Shown: positions 9,196-18,732 of the stretch, piece by piece
Layout: every line of letters begins with the position of its first letter
Numbering within the stretch: the stretch's first letter is position 1
Source of the DNA: Thermodesulfobacteriota bacterium
GTDB taxonomy: Bacteria > Desulfobacterota > Binatia > Bin18
Direction: 5' to 3'
Assembly: GCA_964291405.2 (NCBI GenBank)
Contig: OZ219926.1
Coordinates: forward strand, 1,632,001 to 1,696,000
Length of the DNA: 64,000 bases
Position numbers and translations under genes: made by a program
The notes under the pieces: model-generated
What the model saw: only the letters and a program-made list of their open reading frames with translations
Database searches by the model: none
What the model was told of the DNA's origin: nothing

Positions 9196-12100
9196 ATGAT
9201 CAAATCACAAGTTGTCATGGGCAAGGATAAAAATCCGGCACTCGTCACGACTCGGTGGCGGGCGTGCAAACGCTTGGCCGCCATTATCACAGCGCTGGCA
9301 CTGACCGGTGCCGGCTCTGGACTGGTCAGCGCGGCCGACGCCGATCAGGCGGTCACTGAGCAGCCGCAAGCCAAAGTCGGCGAAAAGCCGGAGGCTGAAG
9401 CTCGCCAGGAGCCGCAGAAACTGGAGGCCCTGGAAGAGATGATCGTGACCACCGGGTCGCGTCTCCAGCAGGCGGCCGACCAGGTCGAGCTCGGCCCGAT
9501 CGTCAGCGTTGACGCCGAAGAACTGCTGCACCAGGGGACCGTCCGGGTAGAAGAGCTGGTCCGCTCCCTGCCCTCGGTGTTTACCGGCGGTCAGGATGCC
9601 TCCAACGCTAACGGCGCCAGCGGGATCGCCACCCTGAACCTACGCCACCTGGGTTCGTCGCGCACCCTGGTGCTGATCAACGGTCGCCGCATGCCGGCAG
9701 GCTCGCCCTGGGGAGGGACCGGCAACGAGGACATCAACCAGATTCCGGGTGCCCTGCTCAAGCGTGTCGATGTGCTGACCGGCGGCTCCTCGGTCACCTA
9801 TGGTTCGGATGCGGTCGCCGGTGTGATCAACTTTGTATTGATCGACAATTTCGAGGGCATCAAGCTGGATTACCAGTTCAGCCAGCACCAGCACGATAAC
9901 GACAACCGCAGACTGAAACGGCTGATCTCCGACCAAGGCTATGAGGTTGCCGACGACGCCACAGCGGACGGCGAGCTGTCCAACGTGTCGGTCATCCTGG
10001 GCAAAAACCTGGGCGGTAACCGCGGCAATATCACCGCCTATGCGACCTGGCGTGACGGCGGGAAGGTGCTCCGGGGCAACCGAGACCACGCAAGTTGCGA
10101 TTTGGCCCCCGACGTCTCCGATAGGTGCATCGGCTCGGGCACGATACCGAAGGGCCTGTTTGCCGACTTCGGCACCCACAAGAGCGGGCCTGGACATGAC
10201 CCAGGACCACCGTTCTTCTATCAGGTCGAAGGGGACAAGTTCACAAACTGGGACGGTCGCTTCTACAACTATGCGCCTGTGAATCACTACCAACGGCCCG
10301 ATGTCCGCTGGACCGCGGGCGCCTTTGCCCACTATGACCTGCACGAGTCCGTTGAGGCCTACACCGAACTGATGTTCATGGACGACCGCACCACTGCTCA
10401 GATTGCGCCCTCGGGCTCGTTCTTCAGGACGCGCTCTCTGCACTGCGGCAACGCGTTGCTGTCCGAGCAGCAGTTTCAGGCCCTGTGCGGCCAGTACGGC
10501 TTGACACGGGAAGACATCCAGAATGTGTATATCGGCCGGCGCAGCGTGGAGAGCGGCAATCGCAAGAATTACCTGCACCACACCTCCTATCGTGGCGTGT
10601 TCGGACTGCGCGGCGAGATTGCCGATATCTGGCGCTACAATCTGTACTACCAATACGCCGAGGTGCGCGCGCTGAGCAAAAACGTCAACAACTTGTCGGC
10701 CAGCCGGATCAACCGCGCCCTGGATGCGGTGTACGACCCGGTGAGCGGGGATATCGTGTGCCGGTCCGCGCTGAGCGGGGCCGACCCGAACTGTGTCCCC
10801 TGGAACATCTTTCGGGAGGGTGCGGTCACCAAAGGCATGACCGACTATATCGCCGGAACGTACACGACCCGCGGCAGCACCAACCAGCATGTAGTGTCCG
10901 GCCAGATCGCGGCCAATCTCGGCCGCTACGGCCTGATATCTCCGTTTGCCACCACCGGCATCGACATCGCCCTGGGCGTCGAGTGGCGCGAGGAAAACCT
11001 GAAATACAAGCCCGACCTCGGGAGCCAGAGCGGTGACGGAGCCGGCTTTGGCGGCGCACGTCAGCCCCTCAAGGGTGGGTTCGACGTACCGGCGGTTTTC
11101 TTTGAAGCCGGTATTCCGCTCATCCAAGACGTTCCGTTTATCCAGCAACTGATCGTCAATGGCGGCTATCGCTCTTCCTGGTACGGCGTGCAGACCGATA
11201 CATACGGCATCCGGGCCGGCTGGGCCATCAACTATGACATCAGTCTGCGCGGCAGCTACCAGCGGGCGGTGCGCGCCCCGAGCATCCGGGAACAGTTCCT
11301 GCCCCAGCGGTTGGGCTTGGTCTATATGGCGACCGACCCATGTGCCGGCGAGGTGGTTGACGGCAAAACCGCGGCCGGTCGCAGCTTTGAGGAGTGTGCC
11401 CGCAGCGGGGTGACCGCCGAGCAGTTCGGCAACATTTCCGATTCACCGGCCCGTCAGTACAACTTCCTGATAGGGGGTAATCCGGACTTACTTCCTGAAG
11501 ATGCGGATACCTACTCGTTCGGCCTGACCTTTACGCCCCGATTTCTTGAGGGCCTCACCGTTGCCATGGATTACTACGACATCGAACTCAAGGGTGGCGT
11601 TGGTGCGCTGTCACCCGAGCTTGTCCTGCACCACTGCCTGGACGGGAAAACCTCTCAGTGCGATAAGGTCAAGCGCGGGCCGGGCGGCGACCTATGGCTG
11701 GGTTCCAACACAATCGAGACGACCGGCCATATTGAGGCCGTGCTGGAGAACTTGGCCATCGCCAAGGTCCGTGGCTACGACTTCAGCGTTGACTACGTGC
11801 TCAACCTTGGCCGTTACGGCTCCGTCAGTTTTACGGATCGGCTTTCCTTTCTCGATACATTTAATGTACAGGCAGCCGCGGATATTCCGAAGATTGCCTG
11901 CGCGGGCAGTTGGGGCCAGTCATGCGGCACCCCGACCCCGAGAATCCGCAATATTCTGCGAACCACCTGGATAAGCCCTTGGGGGCTGCAACCCAGTCTG
12001 ATGTGGCGCTACATCAGCACCAGCACGGAGACCGACCCGGACCGTCCCGTCCCGGTGAATGCCCGGCACTATTTCGACCTGTCGCTGCTCTGGGAGGTCA

Positions 12101-12252
12101 ACCAGTACGCCAGTCTGCGTATCGGCGTCCGCAACCTGTTTGACAAGGAACCCCCTATCGTCGGTGATTCCAGAGGTGGCAACACCTTCCCCGGCCTGTA
12201 CGATGCCCTGGGCCGCTACTGGTTCGTCGGAATGAGTGTCGGCATCTCCTGA
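9196..12252 (+). CDS. Large Cys-containing TonB-dependent receptor, paralog 1
   Basis: EEMIVTTGSR, NLRHLGSSRTLVLINGRR, DVLTGGSSVTYGSDAVAGVINF and C-terminal GRYWFVG motifs. Confidence 0.92.
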   Translation: MIKSQVVMGKDKNPALVTTRWRACKRLAAIITALALTGAGSGLVSAADADQAVTEQPQAKVGEKPEAEARQEPQKLEALEEMIVTTGSRLQQAADQVELGPIVSVDAEELLHQGTVRVEELVRSLPSVFTGGQDASNANGASGIATLNLRHLGSSRTLVLINGRRMPAGSPWGGTGNEDINQIPGALLKRVDVLTGGSSVTYGSDAVAGVINFVLIDNFEGIKLDYQFSQHQHDNDNRRLKRLISDQGYEVADDATADGELSNVSVILGKNLGGNRGNITAYATWRDGGKVLRGNRDHASCDLAPDVSDRCIGSGTIPKGLFADFGTHKSGPGHDPGPPFFYQVEGDKFTNWDGRFYNYAPVNHYQRPDVRWTAGAFAHYDLHESVEAYTELMFMDDRTTAQIAPSGSFFRTRSLHCGNALLSEQQFQALCGQYGLTREDIQNVYIGRRSVESGNRKNYLHHTSYRGVFGLRGEIADIWRYNLYYQYAEVRALSKNVNNLSASRINRALDAVYDPVSGDIVCRSALSGADPNCVPWNIFREGAVTKGMTDYIAGTYTTRGSTNQHVVSGQIAANLGRYGLISPFATTGIDIALGVEWREENLKYKPDLGSQSGDGAGFGGARQPLKGGFDVPAVFFEAGIPLIQDVPFIQQLIVNGGYRSSWYGVQTDTYGIRAGWAINYDISLRGSYQRAVRAPSIREQFLPQRLGLVYMATDPCAGEVVDGKTAAGRSFEECARSGVTAEQFGNISDSPARQYNFLIGGNPDLLPEDADTYSFGLTFTPRFLEGLTVAMDYYDIELKGGVGALSPELVLHHCLDGKTSQCDKVKRGPGGDLWLGSNTIETTGHIEAVLENLAIAKVRGYDFSVDYVLNLGRYGSVSFTDRLSFLDTFNVQAAADIPKIACAGSWGQSCGTPTPRIRNILRTTWISPWGLQPSLMWRYISTSTETDPDRPVPVNARHYFDLSLLWEVNQYASLRIGVRNLFDKEPPIVGDSRGGNTFPGLYDALGRYWFVGMSVGIS

Positions 12253-12285
12253 CCCGATACTCCAGACAGTAACAAAGGGGTTCTC

Positions 12286-15246
12286 ATGACAAAAAGAACG
12301 TTGCTGCGGAGCGTGCTGGTTCTACTGCTAGCCAGCCTCACCGCGTCAGCCCTGGCCGCAGATGCCGAGCAGCCGAGCGCCGAGCAGTCGGACACTGAAT
12401 CTCGCCAGGAGCCGTCAGAATTGGAAGCCCTGGTCGTGACCGGCTCACGTATCCAAAGGGCGAATTTGGTCAGTTCCAGCCCAGTTATCCAGATTGAGGC
12501 CGAAGACCTGGCCTTCCAGGGCACCGTCCGGGTAGAGGACATGCTGCGCACCCTGCCGCAGGTGTACTCCACCCAGAATGGTAGCCAAGCGTACGGCGCC
12601 ACCGGTACCGCGACCCTGAATCTGCGCAACCTGGGCGCGGAACGGACCCTGGTGCTGGTCAACGGCCGGCGTCTACCGGCCGGCTCACCGCTGCAAGGAG
12701 GAGTCGGTGCCGATATCAACCAGATTCCGGGCGCGCTGATCAAGAACGTTGAGGTATTGACCGGCGGCTCCTCGGCCACCTACGGGTCCGATGCGGTCGC
12801 CGGCGTGGTCAACTTCCTGATGGTCGACGACTTCGAGGGCATCAAGCTGGACTACCAGTTCAGCCAGTACCAGCACGACAACGGCAGCGACCGGTGGCAA
12901 CGGATTGTTCGGGACGCCGGATACGAGGTCGCCGACGGCTCGGTATGGGATGGTGATATCTCGAATGTCTCACTGATCCTGGGCAAAAATCTGGACCGCG
13001 GCAATGTCACGGTCTACGGGACCTACCGCGATATTGACCCGGTGCTCCAGGCCGACCGCGATTACAGTTCGTGTGCCTTGAGCAATGACCTCACCAAGTG
13101 CTCCGGCTCGGCCACTCAGCCCAAGGGCACCTTTTCTGATTTCGGCCTGCTGCGGGGTCAGGGTTTGGAGAGCTTTGACTATAAGGTAGAAGGCGACCGC
13201 TTTGTGCCCCGCCAGGGGACTCTGTTCAATTACGCTCCATCGAACTATTATCAGCGCCCCGACCGGCGCTGGACCGTCGGTCTGTTTGCCCACTACGACC
13301 TGCATGACCGGGTCGAGGCTTACTCCGAGTTCATGTTCATGGACAATCGCTCGGTCGCCCAGATCGCTCCCTCGGGTGCGTTCTTTGTGACCGATACGCT
13401 GGGCTGCGGCAACCCATTCCTGTCCCAGCAACAGTTTGAAGCCCTGTGCGGCGCGTATGGATTGACGCGAGACGACCGCCAGCAGGTCTTTATCGGCCGC
13501 CGAAATGTAGAGGGCGGGAACCGGCAAAACGACCTGCACCACACCTCGTATCGGGGCGTGGCCGGGTTGCGCGGCGACCTCAATGATACGTGGCGCTACG
13601 ACCTGTACTATCAATACTCTGAGGTTCGCATGCAGAACACCTATCTGAACGACCTGTCGGTTACCCGGATCGGGCGGGCGCTGGACGCGGCCAGAGACCC
13701 CGCAACAGGTCGAATCGTCTGCCGTTCTGTGCTGGATGGCTCCGACCCGAACTGCGTCCCCTGGAACATCTTTCGGGAGGGCGCGGTAACCCAAGAGATG
13801 ATCGACTATCTGACCCTGCCCCTATCCGCCCGCGGAGCGACCGACCAGACAGTCGTGTCCGGCTATATCGCCGGGAATCTCGGGCGCTACGGTCTCCGGT
13901 CGCCGTTCGCAGCTACGGGCGTGGACGTAGTCCTGGGCGGCGAATACCGCGACGACAATCTCAAATTCAAACCCGACCAGGCCTACCGCAGCGGCGATGG
14001 GGCCGGCCAGGGCGGTGCCAGCCAGCCTGTCAGCGGGGGGTCTGATGTAAAGGAGTTTTTCATCGAAGCCGGTATCCCGCTGATCGACGGCGCACGCTTT
14101 GCGGAAGAATTTGGACTGGATGGGGGCTATCGCTATTCCGACTACGATTACGGCGAGCAGACCAACACCTTTGGCGTCCGCGCGGGCTGGGCACTCAATG
14201 CCGACATCCGGCTGCGGGCCAGTTTTCAGCGAGCGATTCGCGGACCGAATGTGCGGGAACGCTTCCTGCCGCAGGGTTTCAATCTGTTCGATATGAACGC
14301 CGACCCGTGTGCCGGTCCCGTCACCAACGGCAGGACGGCTGAGGGCCGCACTCTTGAGGAATGCGCCCGCAGTGGCGTGACCGCTACCCAGTTCGGCAAT
14401 ATCGAAAATTCACCGGCGGCCCAGTATAATTTTCGGCAAGGCGGCAATCCGGACTTGGCGCCCGAGGAATCTGACACCTACTCCTTCGGCCTGGTGTGGA
14501 CGCCCGGCTTTATCCCAGGCTTCAACTTCAGTCTGGACTATTATTCGATCGAAATCAGCCAAGGCATCAGCACCCTGACGCCGGAGTTCATCCTCAACGA
14601 ATGTCTGGACGGTAACGACTCGCAGTGTGCCAAGGTCAAACGCGGGCGGAGCGGCGACCTGTGGCTGGGTTCCGACATTGACAACAGCGGCCATGTTGTG
14701 TCTCTGCTCGACAACCTGGCCATCGAGGAAGTGCAAGGCTTCGACATCACCGTCGGCTATGATCTCCCTCTTAGTGTCATAGGAATGGGCCGCTGGGGGC
14801 GGCTGCGCTTCAGCGATATCCTGTCGATCACCTCCACCTGGGACCAGCAGGAGTTACAAGGGGCGCGCAAGGTAGACTGCGCCGGCAACTGGGGTGCCAC
14901 CTGCGGTTTTCCGACCCCGGACATTCGGAACAATCTGCGCGCCACCTGGGTGACACCGTGGGGGGTACGGCCCAGTCTCATGTGGCGCTACATCAGCAGT
15001 GTCGAAGACCTCAACTCCACCCAGATCGATCTCGGGGCGCGACACTACTTCGACCTGGCCGCGATCTGGAATTACAACGAATACACCAGCCTCCGCGTCG
15101 GCGTGAACAACCTGTTCGATAAGGCCCCGCCGCTGGCGGGCAACGCGGCGGGACCGTCCTTCGCCGGCAACGGCAACACCTTCCCCGGCCTGTACGACGG
15201 GTTGGGCCGGTATTGGTTCGTGGGGGTGAGCGTCGGGTTCTCCTAG
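12286..15246 (+). CDS. Large Cys-containing TonB-dependent receptor, paralog 2
   Basis: LVVTGSRI, NLRNLGAERTLVLVNGRR and YGSDAVAGVVNF motifs; colinear with paralog 1. Confidence 0.93.
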   Translation: MTKRTLLRSVLVLLLASLTASALAADAEQPSAEQSDTESRQEPSELEALVVTGSRIQRANLVSSSPVIQIEAEDLAFQGTVRVEDMLRTLPQVYSTQNGSQAYGATGTATLNLRNLGAERTLVLVNGRRLPAGSPLQGGVGADINQIPGALIKNVEVLTGGSSATYGSDAVAGVVNFLMVDDFEGIKLDYQFSQYQHDNGSDRWQRIVRDAGYEVADGSVWDGDISNVSLILGKNLDRGNVTVYGTYRDIDPVLQADRDYSSCALSNDLTKCSGSATQPKGTFSDFGLLRGQGLESFDYKVEGDRFVPRQGTLFNYAPSNYYQRPDRRWTVGLFAHYDLHDRVEAYSEFMFMDNRSVAQIAPSGAFFVTDTLGCGNPFLSQQQFEALCGAYGLTRDDRQQVFIGRRNVEGGNRQNDLHHTSYRGVAGLRGDLNDTWRYDLYYQYSEVRMQNTYLNDLSVTRIGRALDAARDPATGRIVCRSVLDGSDPNCVPWNIFREGAVTQEMIDYLTLPLSARGATDQTVVSGYIAGNLGRYGLRSPFAATGVDVVLGGEYRDDNLKFKPDQAYRSGDGAGQGGASQPVSGGSDVKEFFIEAGIPLIDGARFAEEFGLDGGYRYSDYDYGEQTNTFGVRAGWALNADIRLRASFQRAIRGPNVRERFLPQGFNLFDMNADPCAGPVTNGRTAEGRTLEECARSGVTATQFGNIENSPAAQYNFRQGGNPDLAPEESDTYSFGLVWTPGFIPGFNFSLDYYSIEISQGISTLTPEFILNECLDGNDSQCAKVKRGRSGDLWLGSDIDNSGHVVSLLDNLAIEEVQGFDITVGYDLPLSVIGMGRWGRLRFSDILSITSTWDQQELQGARKVDCAGNWGATCGFPTPDIRNNLRATWVTPWGVRPSLMWRYISSVEDLNSTQIDLGARHYFDLAAIWNYNEYTSLRVGVNNLFDKAPPLAGNAAGPSFAGNGNTFPGLYDGLGRYWFVGVSVGFS

Positions 15247-15250
15247 TCGG

Positions 15251-15598
15251 CTAGTTCTTGGGGCCGGTCAGGACATGGCCCATACCGTCGAAAAACTGCT
15301 TGATCCAGTGCGTACCCTTTTGCGCGGATATGGCTTCCAGTTCGCCCTTGTCAAGCCACATGCCCTGGCACGGCCCGCACTCGTCAATCTCGACTTCTTC
15401 AATGAGCCGAGTGGTCAGCTGGATTCCGCACTTGGGACAACGATTCAGGGCCAGCACACGTATCTCTTCCTCGTGCTCGGCCTCACGCTGCTCTTTCATC
15501 TTGTTGATCAACTCACGGTCGCGCTCCGCAAAATAGCGGCTTTCCTCGGCCTTCTCTTTTTGTTGCAACTTGGTTCCCAGACGGTCTTTGTCTTCCAT
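15251..15598 (-). CDS. zf-TFIIB-type zinc-ribbon domain protein
   Basis: CPKC...IDECGPCQGMWLDKGELE after a charged helix; SD GAGGAGGAG. Confidence 0.8.
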   Translation of the reverse strand: MEDKDRLGTKLQQKEKAEESRYFAERDRELINKMKEQREAEHEEEIRVLALNRCPKCGIQLTTRLIEEVEIDECGPCQGMWLDKGELEAISAQKGTHWIKQFFDGMGHVLTGPKN

Positions 15599-15674
15599 GA
15601 GGTCTCCTCCTCGCGGGTATGATCACTTACTCTAATGGTGTCGGTCTTTCGTGCCCAGTATCAATCGACAACCC

Positions 15675-16082
15675 TCAGGCCATATCTACCACGACTTGTA
15701 GCATATCGGTCTCGGTCACAATGCCAACCAGCCGGTCGTCTTCCAAGACAGGTAAGCAACCAATTTTGTGCTCCATCATCAGCCGAGCGGCGTCCTGAAC
15801 CGTTGCGTCCGGGCCGATGGAAATCGGATCGACCATGATCTCTTTGACTGCGACGCTTTCCAAAAAGGCGCGCTGGGCTTTTTCTCCATATTGCATGACC
15901 GTGCCGAGCGAGGCCCGGTAGAGGTCACGCTGACTGACAACTCCGACCAATTCGTCGTCCTCCACGACCGGAAAATGCCGGATGCGACCCAGGTTCATAA
16001 TATCTTTCGCCAGCAGCAGCGTGTCGTTCCGTCCCAGCGTGGTCACCTCGGCGCTCATAATGTCCCGTACGGTCTGTGCCAT
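15675..16082 (-). CDS. CBS-domain pair protein (AcuB-like)
   Basis: VRDIM, IRHFPVV...LVGVVSQRD and IGCLPV...LVGIVTETD. Confidence 0.9.
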   Translation of the reverse strand: MAQTVRDIMSAEVTTLGRNDTLLLAKDIMNLGRIRHFPVVEDDELVGVVSQRDLYRASLGTVMQYGEKAQRAFLESVAVKEIMVDPISIGPDATVQDAARLMMEHKIGCLPVLEDDRLVGIVTETDMLQVVVDMA

Positions 16083-16225
16083 AGTCTTTACCTCCTGTCC
16101 GCCCGCCTCCTACAAGCGGCCTGTCTTACGTCACACAGTGTAACCCACCCAGGTCTGTCCGTAAATCGCAACCCTTGCCAACATAGGGCGCAGGGGCATA
16201 TATCAGGCACCAGAAAGGAACACTC

Positions 16226-17101
16226 GTGGAATCACGCACCTCTCACGTTATTGATGAAGTTGAAGCCGCCAATCGGATCGAGGACGGCATGACGGTTGCC
16301 ATCGGTTCCCCGACCCCGATGGCCCTTGTGCACCAGATCATCAGGCGCGGTCTGAAAGACCTGACGGTTGTCGATGTCGGCCTGTCGCTGGACATGCTCA
16401 TTGCCGCCGGCTGCGTCAGAAAAGTCGTCAGTTATTACGCGGGCGGCGGTTTTGGGGTGCCGGTTGCTCCGGCCTTTCGCCGGGCCGCGGAGCGCGGTGA
16501 AATCGAGGTCTGGGAATGTGAAGAGGGCATTCTGACCTCGGGCCTCCAGGCGGCGGCCCAGGGTCTGCCCTTCCTGCCGTGGCGCGGCGGCGTCGGAACT
16601 TCCCTGCCCGAAGTCAACCCTGACCTCAAGGTCTTCACCGACCCGATTCGGGACGAGACTCTGCTGGCCGTCCCGCCGATCAAGCCCGACGTGACCCTCT
16701 TGCACGCGGCCGTTTCCGACGCGTATGGCAATGTCCAGCACGTTGGCGGACCGGGCTGGATAGACCTATTCATGCAGCGTGCCGCGGACCATACCATTGT
16801 CCAGGTGGAAAAAGTCGTGGCCAACGAGGACATCCGCAAGGACCCGTGGGCCACAACGATTGCCGGTGCCGATGCTATCGTGCGCGTCCCCTACGGTGCC
16901 CATCCGTTCTATAGCCGGGGTTATTACGTCCAGGACAACGCCCATCTCAAAGACTATCTGGACGCCTCAACCGCCGCGGCCAAGGGCGACCCTGCGGCCC
17001 TGGACGCGTATTTCGCCCGCTACTGCCGAGGACCGGCAACCCATGCCGACTATTTGGAACAGATCGGCATCAGGCGGCTGCTGGAACTGCACGAGTACTA
17101 A
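16226..17101 (+). CDS. Class I CoA-transferase-fold alpha subunit (GctA/IpdA-like)
   Basis: IEDGMTVAIG, EEGILTSGLQAAAQGLPFLP, PDVTLLHAAVSDAYGN and PYGAHP. Confidence 0.85.
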   Translation: MESRTSHVIDEVEAANRIEDGMTVAIGSPTPMALVHQIIRRGLKDLTVVDVGLSLDMLIAAGCVRKVVSYYAGGGFGVPVAPAFRRAAERGEIEVWECEEGILTSGLQAAAQGLPFLPWRGGVGTSLPEVNPDLKVFTDPIRDETLLAVPPIKPDVTLLHAAVSDAYGNVQHVGGPGWIDLFMQRAADHTIVQVEKVVANEDIRKDPWATTIAGADAIVRVPYGAHPFYSRGYYVQDNAHLKDYLDASTAAAKGDPAALDAYFARYCRGPATHADYLEQIGIRRLLELHEY

Positions 17102-17123
17102 CGCATCCCCCGAGGAAAAAATT

Positions 17124-17930
17124 ATGCCGAACGATGTTTCTGCCCAGGACCTTTCTCCGCAAGAGATCATGGCCGTTTTTCTTGCCCGCGACCTGAAAGA
17201 CCGGGAACATTTGATGGTCGGAGTGGCCATGCCCATTGTTGAAGCCGCGGTGCGTCTGGCCCATCTGCTGCACGGCCCCAACATGGAGTTGATCTTCTTT
17301 GGCACCCGTATGAATGTTGCCGACCGGTATACCCTCCCCCTGCCGGCCTTTGCCTGGGATAACCGGGTGGTGCGCTGGGCGGAGTCGTTCAGCGACACGG
17401 GCCATCGTTTTGAAGATGTCAAGCACTGGCATAAGCGCGTGTTTTTTATTGGCGGGGTCCAGGTTGACCCGCACGGCAATACCAACTTGATCGGCGTTGG
17501 GCCCGACTATGCCACACTCCGCTTTCGTGGCCCTGGCTCGGTCGGTACGCCAACGCTCAGCACCCACGTTGGTCGCTATTATATCGTTCTCAATTCCCAC
17601 TCGCCGCGGATTCTGGTTGAACGCTGCGATTATATGAGCACCTATGGCTGGGGCAGCGGTGGGGCTGATGCCCGTAAAAAACTGGGGCTGCCCGGCGGGG
17701 GGCCCAAGTATTGTGTCACACCCTTATGCGTCATGGATTTTGACGAAGAAGACAAGCATATGCGCCTGCATTCCCTCCACCCAGGGGTGACGCCAGAAGA
17801 AGTACAGGCCCAAACCGGCTTTGCCCTCAAAATACCACTCCAGGTCCCAACCACCCCCGTACCAACCCCGGAAGAACTGCACGTGCTGCGCACTCGGGTC
17901 GATCCTGAGGGCCGTTTGAGGAAGATGTAG
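17124..17930 (+). CDS. Class I CoA-transferase-fold beta subunit (GctB-like)
   Basis: GGVQVDPHGNTN, GPGSVG, VTPLCVMDFD and SLHPGVT...TGF; ATG17124 follows GAGG. Confidence 0.85.
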   Translation: MPNDVSAQDLSPQEIMAVFLARDLKDREHLMVGVAMPIVEAAVRLAHLLHGPNMELIFFGTRMNVADRYTLPLPAFAWDNRVVRWAESFSDTGHRFEDVKHWHKRVFFIGGVQVDPHGNTNLIGVGPDYATLRFRGPGSVGTPTLSTHVGRYYIVLNSHSPRILVERCDYMSTYGWGSGGADARKKLGLPGGGPKYCVTPLCVMDFDEEDKHMRLHSLHPGVTPEEVQAQTGFALKIPLQVPTTPVPTPEELHVLRTRVDPEGRLRKM

Positions 17931-17997
17931 CCGAAGCAGGGGATGGCAACTACACGGTCTTCCCCACCCCAACACGTTCATTTGCATCACACGTCCT

Positions 17998-18045
17998 GGG
18001 AGAGCGGCCATCCTGGCCGCTTGCGGGCTGGAAGCCCGCACTCCT
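17998..18045. repeat. REP-like double-hairpin extragenic palindrome
   Basis: GGGAG[GCGGCCA-TCC-TGGCCGC][TGCGGGCT-GGA-AGCCCGCA]CTCC between convergent genes. Confidence 0.65.
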
Positions 18046-18154
18046 ATAAGGAGAAGAGAGACGCACTAGGCCCCGCTCTCTTGATTTCCTGTCTCTGCCA
18101 AACTGTCGGGGCCTCAGCCCAGGGGGCGAGGGGTTGGGGTGAGGGCTCCTTACA

Positions 18155-18463
18155 CTATTCCGCCTCTCCGCTTTCAAACAGACCGGGCATCTCTTCTTCG
18201 GCAATAACGAGCGCCGAGGTGGGTCGTAGCGCGATACCGCTGGCCTCCCCGCCCGTCGCACTGCCGTCCATATTAATATGTTCCAGGCGAGCCGTGCAGG
18301 TGCCGTCGCGTTGGGTGTCGTATCCGACGACACGAAAAGGCAGCAGGATCAGGGTGCCGACCGGCTCTGGCTCTACCGGCTCACGCACCGTCTCGGTCAT
18401 CCCCGGCCCAATCACCTGGACTCGGTAATTCTCTTCTTTTGAAACATCCCGTACTGGTCGCAT
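18155..18463 (-). CDS. Hypothetical protein (102 aa)
   Basis: ORF with upstream AAGGAG SD, non-overlapping; no motif recognised. Confidence 0.55.
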   Translation of the reverse strand: MRPVRDVSKEENYRVQVIGPGMTETVREPVEPEPVGTLILLPFRVVGYDTQRDGTCTARLEHINMDGSATGGEASGIALRPTSALVIAEEEMPGLFESGEAE

Positions 18464-18732
18464 CCCTGTCTCTCCTTCATGCTGCTCGAAGGTATAGTTT
18501 TATCGTCCTCGCAAGCAGGCATGTACATAGCAAACCACGCCTAACCTGACATCCGCCTCTGAGGAACTTTCCGGTCCCGGCGTCACACGCTTTTCACACC
18601 TGTGGCCCTTTACTCTTTTCGCAGAAGCGTTTATCTTCCCGGCGTACCGCTTCGGGTGTGGTTTTCGTGCGCCGGCACCCTGCGGAGGGCAGTCATTCAG
18701 TATTCCCAGAGACGAGGAGGATAAACGAAAAC

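Noticed and set aside
9640-11148. 502-aa ORF on - (and similar long nested ORFs elsewhere)
   Set aside because: Antisense shadow of a clear TonB-dependent receptor.
16779-17123. N-terminal extension of the CoA-transferase beta subunit
   Set aside because: It overlaps the alpha subunit out of frame; ATG17124 has an SD and gives a normal length.
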